The notes under the pieces are model-generated. The model was not told where the DNA came from. It saw only the letters and a program-made list of their open reading frames with translations, and made no database searches. DNA of 64,000 nucleotides, from contig DMSQ01000014.1 of NCBI GenBank assembly GCA_003457135.1, positions 10,759 to 74,758 of the forward strand, in the 5' to 3' direction. This stretch comes from Prolixibacteraceae bacterium. GTDB lineage: Bacteria > Bacteroidota > Bacteroidia > Bacteroidales > Prolixibacteraceae. Below, one piece after another: positions 1 through 9,374 of this stretch. Each line of letters starts with the position of its first letter. Position 1 is the stretch's first letter. The translations under genes and the position numbers were made by a program.

Positions 1-45
1 CAATTGTTTAATCTTTGTTTTGGTTAGTTAAAAAATAATTTCAAT

Positions 46-279
46 ATGAAACTGCAAGTAATTCAAGATAGTAGAGGTAAAGCAACCGGAGTTTTTATTC
101 CCATTAATGATTGGAATGAACTCAAGAAACATTACAAAGGATTGGAAACGCTAGAGTTTATAGAACCTTCAAAAGAACAAATTTTGGAGGAACTAAAGAA
201 TGCAGTTGTCGAACTAAAATTAATCGAACAAGGTAAACTTAAAGCTCGTCCGGCTCAAGCATTGATTGATGAACTATAA
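46..279 (+). CDS. Putative antitoxin of RelE/HigB-type TA pair
   Basis: 77-aa ORF overlapping the start of a RelE-like toxin; typical bicistronic TA layout. Confidence 0.6.
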   Translation: MKLQVIQDSRGKATGVFIPINDWNELKKHYKGLETLEFIEPSKEQILEELKNAVVELKLIEQGKLKARPAQALIDEL

Positions 280-595
280 TGTTTCTACCATACCACTTTT
301 TGACAGGCAAGCCAAACGGTTATCTAAAAAATACCCTTCACTGAAAAATGATTTGGTCGAACTATTCGAAAATCTTGCTAAGGAACCTGAACAAGGAAGA
401 GCACTTGGCAATAACTTCTATAAAGTCCGATTGGCTATTTCAAGCAAAGGAAAAGGCAAATCGGGTGTGGCAAGGGTTATTACATACTTGAAGGTCACCG
501 CGACTACTGTTTATCTCACTGCTATTTACGATAAGTCAGAGAAAAGTAATATCAGCGATGCCGAACTGGAGAAAATCTTCAAATCTATTCCTTAA
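269..595 (+). CDS. RelE/ParE (HigB-2-like) toxin
   Basis: Motifs KRLSKKYPSL and KVRLAISSKGKGKSGVARVITY; ATG at 269 (track start 266 is TTG). Confidence 0.75.
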   Translation: MNYNVSTIPLFDRQAKRLSKKYPSLKNDLVELFENLAKEPEQGRALGNNFYKVRLAISSKGKGKSGVARVITYLKVTATTVYLTAIYDKSEKSNISDAELEKIFKSIP

Positions 596-634
596 AATGC
601 CCTCCGGTGCGGAGATTTTTAATCGCGTTACACA

Positions 635-713
635 TCATGCTTTCGGATTTCCCTGAAACGGCATTTTTGCCATTTTCTCCACTTCGATGCTCGGGAATCC
701 AAATTCTTCAACC
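635..713 (-). pseudogene. Duplicated 3' end (last 25 codons plus stop) of dnaE2
   Basis: Encodes VEEFGFPSIEVEKMAKMPFQGNPKA*, 24/25 identical to the dnaE2 C-terminus at 1375-1453; 67/79 nt identical, offset 740 bp. Confidence 0.9.
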
Positions 714-772
714 AAAGTTCAGATTGTTCCTGCGAATAATTTTTATCTTTGCCCTGATCTAAATTATTTGTC

Positions 773-985
773 ATGATGCAGACTATTACAATTGATATTA
801 TAAACGTAAAAGCCATTAAGCTTTTACAGGATTTAGAATCATTACAACTCATCCGCATGCGAAAGGATCAGCTCGAAATATCAAATCAAATAGATTGGAG
901 AGCTACTTACAAAGGTGCGATGCAAAAACAATCTTTAATTGAAATTGACAACCAATTAAAAGACCTTCGTAACGCATGGGAATAA
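773..985 (+). CDS. Putative VapB-type antitoxin
   Basis: 70-aa ORF overlapping the PIN-domain toxin start. Confidence 0.65.
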   Translation: MMQTITIDIINVKAIKLLQDLESLQLIRMRKDQLEISNQIDWRATYKGAMQKQSLIEIDNQLKDLRNAWE

Positions 986-1368
986 AATACCTTTGGGATA
1001 CAAATACTGCTATCTATTACCTGCAACAGCAGTTTCCACTTTCAGCAGAAAAATATATTGATGATTTACTGAAAAAAGAATCACCCATTATTTCGGCTAT
1101 TACTGAAATCGAATTGCTCTGTTGGAAAACTGCAACTGAAAAGGATACAGAAATAATCAATGGTTTCATAAATGATTCTTTGGTCATCGAATTGGAACAA
1201 TTGATTAAATTGAAAACTGCTGAGATTCGCAAGGCACATCGAATAAAACTTCCAGATGCCATTATTGCCGCAACTGCACTCGTTTACGGACTCACTCTGG
1301 TATCCAGAAATACTGAAGACTTTAAGAATATTCCTGATTTGAATATCATAAATCCCTGGGAACAATAG
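976..1368 (+). CDS. vapC: VapC PIN-domain toxin
   Basis: PIN motifs DTN, TEIEL, KLPDAIIAATA, LVSRNTEDF. Confidence 0.9.
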   Translation: MGIKYLWDTNTAIYYLQQQFPLSAEKYIDDLLKKESPIISAITEIELLCWKTATEKDTEIINGFINDSLVIELEQLIKLKTAEIRKAHRIKLPDAIIAATALVYGLTLVSRNTEDFKNIPDLNIINPWEQ

Positions 1369-1374
1369 AATTGC

Positions 1375-4311
1375 TCACGCTTTCGGGTTGGCCTGAAAAG
1401 GCATTTTTGCCATTTTTTCCACCTCAATGCTCGGAAAGCCGAATTCTTCCACCACTTTACCCAGAATCAGGTACATGCCATCGCCCCTGAACGGATAATA
1501 TTTCAGGGATGGCGGGAAATGCACGGTATCAAAAAACTCGCCCTGCACATCAATGAAAGTTCCGAAGTGCATGATTTCTTTTCGGACCGTCCGAACGTAT
1601 TTGATCGTCACCAAACGCCCCAGCATCCGCACTTTCCGGCCCAGATGGCTCATCATTTCCTTTGCCATAATTTCGCCCCGGAAAGGATTTTGAAGCAATT
1701 CGAAAGTCGTCATCGAAATGGGAAAGCCCAGCAGTTCAATTTCGTCCCAGGCATCGCCAAGCAGAGAATGTTCGAGTTTTGGAAGGGAAAATTCACGTGG
1801 TTTGGCTTCAAACATCGCACGGGTTCGGGCCACCGGAGCGGTATTATTCAACAAAGTATGCGCTTCCCATAACAATTGCGCTTTAGGTATTCCGGTAAAG
1901 CGAAATACGCCCAAACGGATTAAAATGACCAATTGTTCTTTGGTTACCGGTGTCCGCTGAATAAAATCGGCCAGCGAATGAAAGGGCCCGTTACAATTCC
2001 GCTCATTCACAATTTCAGCAATCACGGCACTTTCCAAATTTTGCACATGTATAAAACCCATGTAGATGTTCTTTCCGATGATCCGGGTTTCGTTCCGGCT
2101 CGTGTTCACACAAGGCAGTTCGATGTGTGCACCACAGCGTTGCGCTTCGTTGAAATAAACCCAGCTCCGGTAAAAACCTCCGAAATTATTGATTACGGCC
2201 ACCATAAATTCGAGCGGAAAATGCGCTTTCAGGAACAGGCTCTGGAAACTCTCCACGGCATAGGAGGCCGAATGTGCTTTCGAAAACGAATATCCGGCAA
2301 AGGACTCAATCTGCCGCCACACTTCGCGGGCAATTTCATCGGTATAACCTTTCTCCTTGCAATTGCTGAAATACTTGTCTTCGATGCGCTGAAACTCGAT
2401 CCTGGAGCGAAACTTTCCGCTCATGGCGCGGCGCAGCACATCGGCCTCGGCCAGATCGAGCCCGGCAAAATGGTGAGCAACCTTGATCACATCTTCCTGG
2501 TAAACCATCACGCCGTAGGTTTCCTCAAGCTGTTCCTTCATTACCGGATGCAGGTATTGAATGGTTTCAGGATGGTGAAACCGCTGAATGAACTGCTTCA
2601 TCATTCCGGATTTGGCTACTCCGGGGCGGATAATCGAACTGGCAGCCACCAGCGTAAGGTAATTGTCGCAATGTAGTTTTTTAAGCAGACCGCGCATCGC
2701 AGGACTTTCGATGTAAAAACAGCCGATTGTTTCGCCCGTCCGAAGCTGAAATTTAACCTGTTGGTCCTGAAAAAACCGCTCCACCTGATGCACGTCCACA
2801 TCTTCGCCCCGGTTTTCGCGGATAATGTCAACCGCTTCCCTGATGTGCCCGATGCCGCGCTGACTGAGGATATCCAGCTTTTCGAAGCACAAATCCTCGG
2901 CCATGTACATATCCCATTGGGTAGTTGGAAAACCCTTGGGAGGCATATCCAGCGCCGTGTAGCAGGTAATTGGTTCCTCCGAAATCAGGATTCCTCCGGC
3001 ATGAATGCTCCGGAGATTTGGAAAATCAACCACCTGTTTGGCCATGGTATTGATAAGCATGGTGATCTGGTTTTTGTTGCGGTCGTCTTCCGGATTGAGC
3101 ACCATCAAGTCAATTTCTTCTTTCGGAAGTCCGAAGACTTTGCCTAGTTCACGGTAAATGGAGCGGTCTCTAAATGTGGAGGTAGCGCCGAGCAAAGCCG
3201 TATGGTGGCGACCATATCGCTTGAAAATATAATCCTGAACCTGATCGCGGTCGCGCCACGAATAATCTATGTCGAAATCGGGTGGGGAAGTGCGTTTCGG
3301 ATTCAGAAAACGTTCAAAGTAAAGGTTTAGCTTAATCGGGTCAACATCGGTGATTTTCAGGCAATAAGCCACAATGCTGTTCGCGCCGCTTCCGCGCCCG
3401 ACATGATAAAATCCACGCGACATACTGTAACGGATAATGTCCCAGGTGATCAAAAAATACGACGAAAATCCGAGGTTGTCAATGATTTCGAGTTCATGGG
3501 CAATTCGCTTTTTAGCTTCCGGATTGTTCTTTCCGTAGCGGTAAAGCATGCCGTCGAGAGCCAGTTTCCGGAGCAGAAGCTTGTCGTCGTATGCCGACTG
3601 CCCAAAAACCTTTTTATTCTTGATCGTGGTAAAATCGAAACTGATGTTGCAAGCCTCTAAAAGTTTTTCAGTATTACGGACTATTTCAGGAAAGTTAGCA
3701 AATTGCTGTTTCAAACTCCTGAAATCCATTATTTCCAGCGGATTGGCGAACTGGTTTTCCTGCAATTTACTGATCAGCACATTGTGATCAATGGCCCGCA
3801 GGCTTTTGTGCAGAAACCATCCGGCACGGTCTTTAAAGGTAACCGGCTGCCAAATCACCAGTTTCTCCTGATATTTTCGGTATTCCGAAGTCAGCAGTTT
3901 GTTGAGATCTTCGGCGCGAATGCCGGTAAACTCGTTTTCGCGCAAATCTTTGGCAGACTTTTTCCCGAAGGGATAAACCACAAACACCTCCTGAAATTCA
4001 GGAGCATCCGCCGGATATGTTTTTTTTTCCAGGTTGTGTTCGGTTTGCCAGTCGTTCAGCTCTTTCAATCCTTCGCGATTTTTGGCCAGACCAATGTAAA
4101 GCAGTTCATCATCCTTTCTGAATTCGCATCCTGCAATGGGTTTGATGCCTTTTTGCTGTGCCTTTTTAACCAATTCAGGAATGCCCATCGTGGTATTGAT
4201 ATCGGTGAGTGCAACACTCCCAATCCCGTTCTGAATAGCCAGATCGAGCAGTTCGTCGATGCTCAGTGTGCCGTAGCGAAGGCTGTAATATGAATGGGAG
4301 TTGAGGTACAT
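1375..4311 (-). CDS. dnaE2: Error-prone DNA polymerase III alpha subunit (DnaE2-like)
   Basis: PHP N-terminus (YLNSHSYYSL), GRGSGANS, PDFDIDY, FSKAHS; downstream of dinB; ATG at 4311 preferred over 4383. Confidence 0.88.
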   Translation of the reverse strand: MYLNSHSYYSLRYGTLSIDELLDLAIQNGIGSVALTDINTTMGIPELVKKAQQKGIKPIAGCEFRKDDELLYIGLAKNREGLKELNDWQTEHNLEKKTYPADAPEFQEVFVVYPFGKKSAKDLRENEFTGIRAEDLNKLLTSEYRKYQEKLVIWQPVTFKDRAGWFLHKSLRAIDHNVLISKLQENQFANPLEIMDFRSLKQQFANFPEIVRNTEKLLEACNISFDFTTIKNKKVFGQSAYDDKLLLRKLALDGMLYRYGKNNPEAKKRIAHELEIIDNLGFSSYFLITWDIIRYSMSRGFYHVGRGSGANSIVAYCLKITDVDPIKLNLYFERFLNPKRTSPPDFDIDYSWRDRDQVQDYIFKRYGRHHTALLGATSTFRDRSIYRELGKVFGLPKEEIDLMVLNPEDDRNKNQITMLINTMAKQVVDFPNLRSIHAGGILISEEPITCYTALDMPPKGFPTTQWDMYMAEDLCFEKLDILSQRGIGHIREAVDIIRENRGEDVDVHQVERFFQDQQVKFQLRTGETIGCFYIESPAMRGLLKKLHCDNYLTLVAASSIIRPGVAKSGMMKQFIQRFHHPETIQYLHPVMKEQLEETYGVMVYQEDVIKVAHHFAGLDLAEADVLRRAMSGKFRSRIEFQRIEDKYFSNCKEKGYTDEIAREVWRQIESFAGYSFSKAHSASYAVESFQSLFLKAHFPLEFMVAVINNFGGFYRSWVYFNEAQRCGAHIELPCVNTSRNETRIIGKNIYMGFIHVQNLESAVIAEIVNERNCNGPFHSLADFIQRTPVTKEQLVILIRLGVFRFTGIPKAQLLWEAHTLLNNTAPVARTRAMFEAKPREFSLPKLEHSLLGDAWDEIELLGFPISMTTFELLQNPFRGEIMAKEMMSHLGRKVRMLGRLVTIKYVRTVRKEIMHFGTFIDVQGEFFDTVHFPPSLKYYPFRGDGMYLILGKVVEEFGFPSIEVEKMAKMPFQANPKA

Positions 4312-4472
4312 GAGCGCGTTGCGGGTTTTGTGTTTCATTTTCAGGACTAAAGTCCTGTTATTCTGTTGTTTCATGTCCGTCACATAAATGTGACGGCAAA
4401 GGATACTGCTCCGATGATTATTGTAGGATATCCTTTGCCGTTGGCTTCAGCCAACGGACATGAAGTTTTTTA

Positions 4473-5660
4473 TTATATTGGGGCTTTAGCCCTTTTATCC
4501 TTTTCGCTTTTCTCCACTCCCGAAGCGCGGTGTATGGCTCCGGAGCCATACCGAAGCCGGATTTTATCCATCGAAAGGTAGAGCTTGATCATCTTTTCGT
4601 TGTTATCGAATAAATCGAGTTGCTGAACGCCGCCGATCAATCCGCCCAGTTTGACACCGACAAGCCGGATCAGCATGCGCCGTTCGTACAGCCGCCTGAA
4701 CAATTCGAGTGTGGTTGACATGAGCGTGTGGTCGAATGAAGTGTAGGCAATCTTTTTTTGCAGGGTGTGCGTGTCGTAATTGGCATATCGGATTTTTACT
4801 GTGATTACCGAGGCCAGTTTCTGTTTTTTCCGCATTTTGAAGGCTATTTTTTCGACCATGTGAATCAGCAAACGTTCAAGCATTTGAACATCAATGGTGT
4901 CGGTCTCAAAAGTTCGTTCCGAACTGATTGATTTTTCTTCCGAATAGGGGATGACCGGAGTGAGGTCAATACCATTCGCCTTTCGCCAGATGTCAATTCC
5001 TGATTTTCCGAGTACATTTCGCATCATTTCCGGAGGAATTTCACTCAGTGTATGAATGGTGACCACACCCATCGAACGCAACAAATGGTAGGTTTTATCG
5101 CCCACACCCGGTATCTTTTTAATCGAAAGCGGATTCAGAAAAGGCTGCACCAGATCGCGCGGAACTTCTTTTTCTCCGTTGGGTTTGGCCTCGCCGGTGG
5201 CAATTTTCGACACGGTTTTATTCACCGATAGCCCGAACGAAATGGGCAGTCCGGTTTCGCTGATGATGCTGCTACGTAACTCGTGTGTCCATTTGTATGA
5301 GCCGATGAAACGGTCCATCCCTGAAATGTCGATGTAATGTTCGTCAATCGAGGCCTTTTCATAGACCGGGGCGCGGTCGGCAATGACATCAGTCACCAGC
5401 CGCGAATATTTGCTATACAAATCCATGTCGCCCCGAATGACGGTCGCGTCGCGGCAGAGGTTGAGCGCCATCCGCATGGGCATGGCCGAATGAACGCCAT
5501 ATTTCCGTGCCTCATAGCTGCAACTGGCCACTACGCCACGGTCGGAAAGTCCGCCAATAATAACGGGTTTGCCGATTAATCCGGAATTCATCAGCCGCTC
5601 AACCGACACAAAAAACGTGTCGAGATCCAAATGTACGATGGTGTTGTTTTGAAAGTTCAT
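4473..5660 (-). CDS. dinB: DNA polymerase IV (Y family)
   Basis: HLDLDTFFVSVE, SYEARKYGVHSAMP, SIDEHYID catalytic motifs. Confidence 0.93.
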   Translation of the reverse strand: MNFQNNTIVHLDLDTFFVSVERLMNSGLIGKPVIIGGLSDRGVVASCSYEARKYGVHSAMPMRMALNLCRDATVIRGDMDLYSKYSRLVTDVIADRAPVYEKASIDEHYIDISGMDRFIGSYKWTHELRSSIISETGLPISFGLSVNKTVSKIATGEAKPNGEKEVPRDLVQPFLNPLSIKKIPGVGDKTYHLLRSMGVVTIHTLSEIPPEMMRNVLGKSGIDIWRKANGIDLTPVIPYSEEKSISSERTFETDTIDVQMLERLLIHMVEKIAFKMRKKQKLASVITVKIRYANYDTHTLQKKIAYTSFDHTLMSTTLELFRRLYERRMLIRLVGVKLGGLIGGVQQLDLFDNNEKMIKLYLSMDKIRLRYGSGAIHRASGVEKSEKDKRAKAPI

Positions 5661-5674
5661 TGTAATAGTGTATA

Positions 5675-5718
5675 TTTGATTGTTTTTTAATCAAATTGTA
5701 CGATTGTAATTTAATCAA
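5675..5718. promoter_or_regulatory. Two tandem GATT-N7-AATC inverted repeats, candidate operators of the S24 repressor
   Basis: TTTGATT-GTTTTTT-AATCAAA (5675-5695) and GATT-GTAATTT-AATC (5702-5716) in the 78-bp divergent gap; TATATTTG -7 motif at 5671-5678. Confidence 0.6.
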
Positions 5719-5738
5719 TTACTTTTAAATTTCCAAAT

Positions 5739-6542
5739 ATGTATTTCGATTCGAACATTAAATTTTTGCGTAACCGGAAGAAACTGACACAAGATCAGCT
5801 TGCCACAGCGCTGGAAATCAACCGCTCGACCCTGAATAATTATGAAAACGGAATTTCAGGACCAAGCATTCAGTCATTGGTTTTGTTATCCGATTATTTT
5901 CATGTGGCGATCGACACTTTACTTCGGGTTGATTTGGCAAAGCTTCGCGAAAGTCAACTCTACGAACTGGAACACGGGCAGGATGTTTTCCTGAAAGGCA
6001 GCAATCTGCGTGTAATGGCCACCACGGTTGACCGGCTGAACCGCGATAACATCGAACTGGTTTCCGAAAAAGCCAAGGCTGGCTACACCAATGGATTTTC
6101 CGATCCGGAGTATATTTCAGAACTACCCGTTTTTCAGCTTCCCTTTTTGTCGTCGGAACGAAAATACCGGACTTTTCAGATCAGCGGCGGCTCGATGTTA
6201 CCCATACCTGATGGCGCCTGGATTACCGGAGAATTTGTAACCGATTGGAACGAAATTAAAACCGGCGATTTGTATGTGGTGCTGACCCTGAACGAAGGTC
6301 TGGTTTTTAAGCAACTGAAAAATGAATTGGCCGAACGAGGATGTTTTCAGTTGATTTCACTCAATACAGCTTACCAACCATACGAATTGGCTGCAACCGA
6401 AATTCGCGAGGTTTGGAAATTCGTGCATTACATCAGCAGAGAAATAGCTGAATCACAGTTGACTGACAATCAGGTTGCTTTGCAATTAAAAATATTGACA
6501 GAAGAAATCAGTGCATTGAAACGAAGGTTTGAAAATCAGTAG
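5739..6542 (+). CDS. XRE-HTH plus S24 peptidase (LexA-like) repressor
   Basis: N-terminal HTH, Ala-Gly site KAKAGY, Ser motif SGGSMLP, Lys motif VFKQL; divergent from dinB-dnaE2. Confidence 0.88.
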   Translation: MYFDSNIKFLRNRKKLTQDQLATALEINRSTLNNYENGISGPSIQSLVLLSDYFHVAIDTLLRVDLAKLRESQLYELEHGQDVFLKGSNLRVMATTVDRLNRDNIELVSEKAKAGYTNGFSDPEYISELPVFQLPFLSSERKYRTFQISGGSMLPIPDGAWITGEFVTDWNEIKTGDLYVVLTLNEGLVFKQLKNELAERGCFQLISLNTAYQPYELAATEIREVWKFVHYISREIAESQLTDNQVALQLKILTEEISALKRRFENQ

Positions 6543-6755
6543 GAAGATAAAAGGGTAGGAGTTATAAAAATTCGTATTTGTACCTCTTATATTTTCTGCG
6601 ATGAGATTAGAACACTACTACCATTGATCGAACCCTTGATTAGTTCAATCCATTTTTCTTTCAACAATTAGGTTCTTTTATTAACGGAGTATTTTTTTAA
6701 TTTTCTTTTCAACTACTTTTAGTGCTTCTCTTAATTCTGACAATAAAATTTAACT

Positions 6756-8162
6756 ATGAGCGGATTTTTTGGAAGTATTTCTCAAGATGATTGTGTCGCC
6801 GATGTTTTTTATGGAACCGATTATCACTCCCATTTGGGAACTAAAAGAGCTGGTCTGGCTTTTTATTCTAAAACGAAAGGATTTCAGAGGGCTATTCATA
6901 GTCTGGAAGATGGCTACTTCAGAAATAAATTTGAAAACGACATTGCCGGTTTTAAGGGCAATATGGGAATTGGAGTCATCAGCGACACTGAAGCACAACC
7001 TATTCTTGTCACATCGCATCTTGGCCGGTTTTCAGTGGCAACAGTGAGTAAAATTGCCAATATTAGTGAACTCGAAGAACGGTTCATGAAAATGCACCGC
7101 ACTTTTGCCGAAACCAGCCAGGGATCGGTAAATCCGACCGAACTGGTTGCCATGCTGATTGCCGAAGGGAAAGACTTCGTTTCAGGTATCGAAAATGTTT
7201 ATAATCTGGTAAAAGGTTCGTGTTCAATACTTATCCTGACTGAAAATGGAATTATTGCAGCGCGCGACCGGTTGGGCAGAACTCCGATTGTCATTGGTAA
7301 AAAGGATAAGGCGTACGCAGTAAGTTTCGAAACCTGTGCTTTCCCAAATCTCAATTACGAAATAGAAAAATATTTAGGACCTGGTGAGGTTATTTCACTT
7401 ACTTCCAGTGGTTATGGGCAACTTCGAAAACCGAATGAAAAGATGCAGATTTGCTCATTTCTTTGGGTATATTATGGTTATCCACCCTCGTTTTACGAAG
7501 GAATTAATGTGGATGAATGCCGTTATAAATGTGGCGCTGCATTGGCAAAAAATGATACGAACGAAGCCGATTTTGTTGCAGGCATCCCCGATTCGGGAAT
7601 TGGTCATGCAATTGGCTACAGCAATGAGAAAAAAATCCCTCTAAAACGGCCGTATGCAAAATACACACCTACCTGGCCACGTAGTTTTATGCCGCAAAAT
7701 CAGGCTATGCGCGATTTGGTTGCCAAAATGAAACTAATTCCAAACAAAGCTATTATTAAGGATAAACGGGGTATCTTTCTTGATGATTCCATTGTTCGCG
7801 GAACTCAGCTTAAAGACAATGTTCGCGATTTGCATGAAGCCGGTATTCGGGAAGTACATATGCGCATTGCCTGTCCGCCACTCACTTACCCATGCGAATT
7901 TCTGAATTTCAGCCGATCACGTTCGAATCTTGATCTGGCAACTCATAAAGCGGTGGAGCAACTGGAAGGAAAGGAAAACATGGATTTGAGCGAATATTCT
8001 GACAGTAATAATCCGAAATACCACGAAATGGTTGAACAGATTCGTAAAAATCTGAACCTGACCAGCCTCAAATTTCAAAAACTGGACGATTTGGTTAAAG
8101 CTATTGGATTACCCAAAGACAAGCTCTGTACCCATTGCTGGGATGGCTCAAGTTATTTCTGA
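6756..8162 (+). CDS. purF: Amidophosphoribosyltransferase (variant with N-terminal Ser instead of Cys)
   Basis: PRPP motif DDSIVRGT, GIPDSG, Fe-S ligands CSF/IACPP/LCTHCW. Confidence 0.9.
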   Translation: MSGFFGSISQDDCVADVFYGTDYHSHLGTKRAGLAFYSKTKGFQRAIHSLEDGYFRNKFENDIAGFKGNMGIGVISDTEAQPILVTSHLGRFSVATVSKIANISELEERFMKMHRTFAETSQGSVNPTELVAMLIAEGKDFVSGIENVYNLVKGSCSILILTENGIIAARDRLGRTPIVIGKKDKAYAVSFETCAFPNLNYEIEKYLGPGEVISLTSSGYGQLRKPNEKMQICSFLWVYYGYPPSFYEGINVDECRYKCGAALAKNDTNEADFVAGIPDSGIGHAIGYSNEKKIPLKRPYAKYTPTWPRSFMPQNQAMRDLVAKMKLIPNKAIIKDKRGIFLDDSIVRGTQLKDNVRDLHEAGIREVHMRIACPPLTYPCEFLNFSRSRSNLDLATHKAVEQLEGKENMDLSEYSDSNNPKYHEMVEQIRKNLNLTSLKFQKLDDLVKAIGLPKDKLCTHCWDGSSYF

Positions 8163-8200
8163 TAGTTTACAGAAATTTTGAATATTCAAATTCGACTGAT

Positions 8201-9034
8201 ATGCCCATTATTGACCTCGAAAAATGCAACCGATGTTTAAAATGTGTCAAGGATTGCCCGGCCTCGGCCATTACTATCGAAACCGGTGAAATTGCAAATA
8301 CATGCATTCATTGCGGGCATTGCGTGGCTATTTGTCCGGAAATGGCTGTAAGGCCTGATTTCGGTAATATTTTTCTGCTTCAGCCACATGCTGTAACTCC
8401 GAAAGATTTCAGAAATTTAGCTTCCGGAATCCGGTCCTGCCGGAGTTATCTCCAGAAAGATGTTCCTGATGCCGTTATGATGCAACTGATTGATAATATG
8501 AAACATTATCCATCGGCCAGTAATGCCCGTCCTTTGCAAATCTCCATAGTTCGTTCAAAGGAAAAGGTTAAGCTTCTGAATGACCTGACTGCTGAAACAT
8601 TGATCAGGAAGTTTAGTTTGCTCTGTTCTCCGTGGATTAGTCCTTTTATCCGGATTTTTGTTCCATCCGTGAATATTAATACGATTAAACGATATAAAGC
8701 TTTATTCATTGAGAGAAAGAAAGTAAATGATTCGCAGATCTGTCACCATGCTCCGGCTGTTTTGCTTTTTCATGGCAAAGTATCAAAAACAGGAATGGCT
8801 GAAGCCGATGCCAACATCTGGGCAACTTATACGTCAATCTATGCCAATACACTGGGATTGGGGACTTGTTTCAACGGGTATATCGTGAAAGCAATGGGAA
8901 ATAATAGTAAGCTGAATCAGCAGTTTAAGGTACCTGCAAATCATCGTATTTATGCCTCATTATTGGTTGGTTATCCAAAAGTGAAATACAGAAACGAAGC
9001 ATCGCGGCAGAGTCCGATTGTAGTTTTGTTGTAG
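8201..9034 (+). CDS. Nitroreductase family protein with N-terminal 2x[4Fe-4S] ferredoxin domain
   Basis: CxxCxxCxxxCP twice, RSCRSY, PSASNARP, GLGTCFNG. Confidence 0.88.
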   Translation: MPIIDLEKCNRCLKCVKDCPASAITIETGEIANTCIHCGHCVAICPEMAVRPDFGNIFLLQPHAVTPKDFRNLASGIRSCRSYLQKDVPDAVMMQLIDNMKHYPSASNARPLQISIVRSKEKVKLLNDLTAETLIRKFSLLCSPWISPFIRIFVPSVNINTIKRYKALFIERKKVNDSQICHHAPAVLLFHGKVSKTGMAEADANIWATYTSIYANTLGLGTCFNGYIVKAMGNNSKLNQQFKVPANHRIYASLLVGYPKVKYRNEASRQSPIVVLL

Positions 9035-9074
9035 ATTGACGAATGACAAATAATAGCGATTACAGCTAAATTAT

Positions 9075-9233
9075 TTACAGTTTTTTTACCTCAAGCCTTG
9101 AATAATAACGGCTTCTGGCTTCCTTGGGATCTGCTCCCACCGGAATATAGAGTCTGGTCTTCACATCAATAATAACTTCCTGTAACTTGGTCAAATCCGG
9201 TGTTTTATAATCATGCGGTTTTTTTTCGAACAT
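9075..9233 (-). CDS. Small hypothetical protein (52 aa), not in the ORF track
   Basis: MFEKKPHDYKTPDLTKLQEVIIDVKTRLYIPVGADPKEARSRYYSRLEVKKL, A-rich leader. Confidence 0.55.
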   Translation of the reverse strand: MFEKKPHDYKTPDLTKLQEVIIDVKTRLYIPVGADPKEARSRYYSRLEVKKL

Positions 9234-9374
9234 TTTGTTTCTCCTTTATTGAATGTAAATATTAAATTTTAGTAACGTATAAACTCCTTAAATGTTATAA
9301 TATTGGCAAGTTAATCTTTTAATTTTTAGTATCAGTGCTTTAATGTCAGTTCAGGCAATTATTTAACTTAAAAT

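Noticed and set aside
628-858. 76-aa minus-strand ORF
   Set aside because: Overlaps the vapB start; its tail is an off-frame reading of the duplicated dnaE2 end
1519-4293. Numerous plus-strand ORFs of 80-247 aa opposite dnaE2
   Set aside because: Antisense shadows of a GC-richer gene with no recognisable motifs; the same applies to shadow ORFs over clpC, gyrA, E1 and the RM gene
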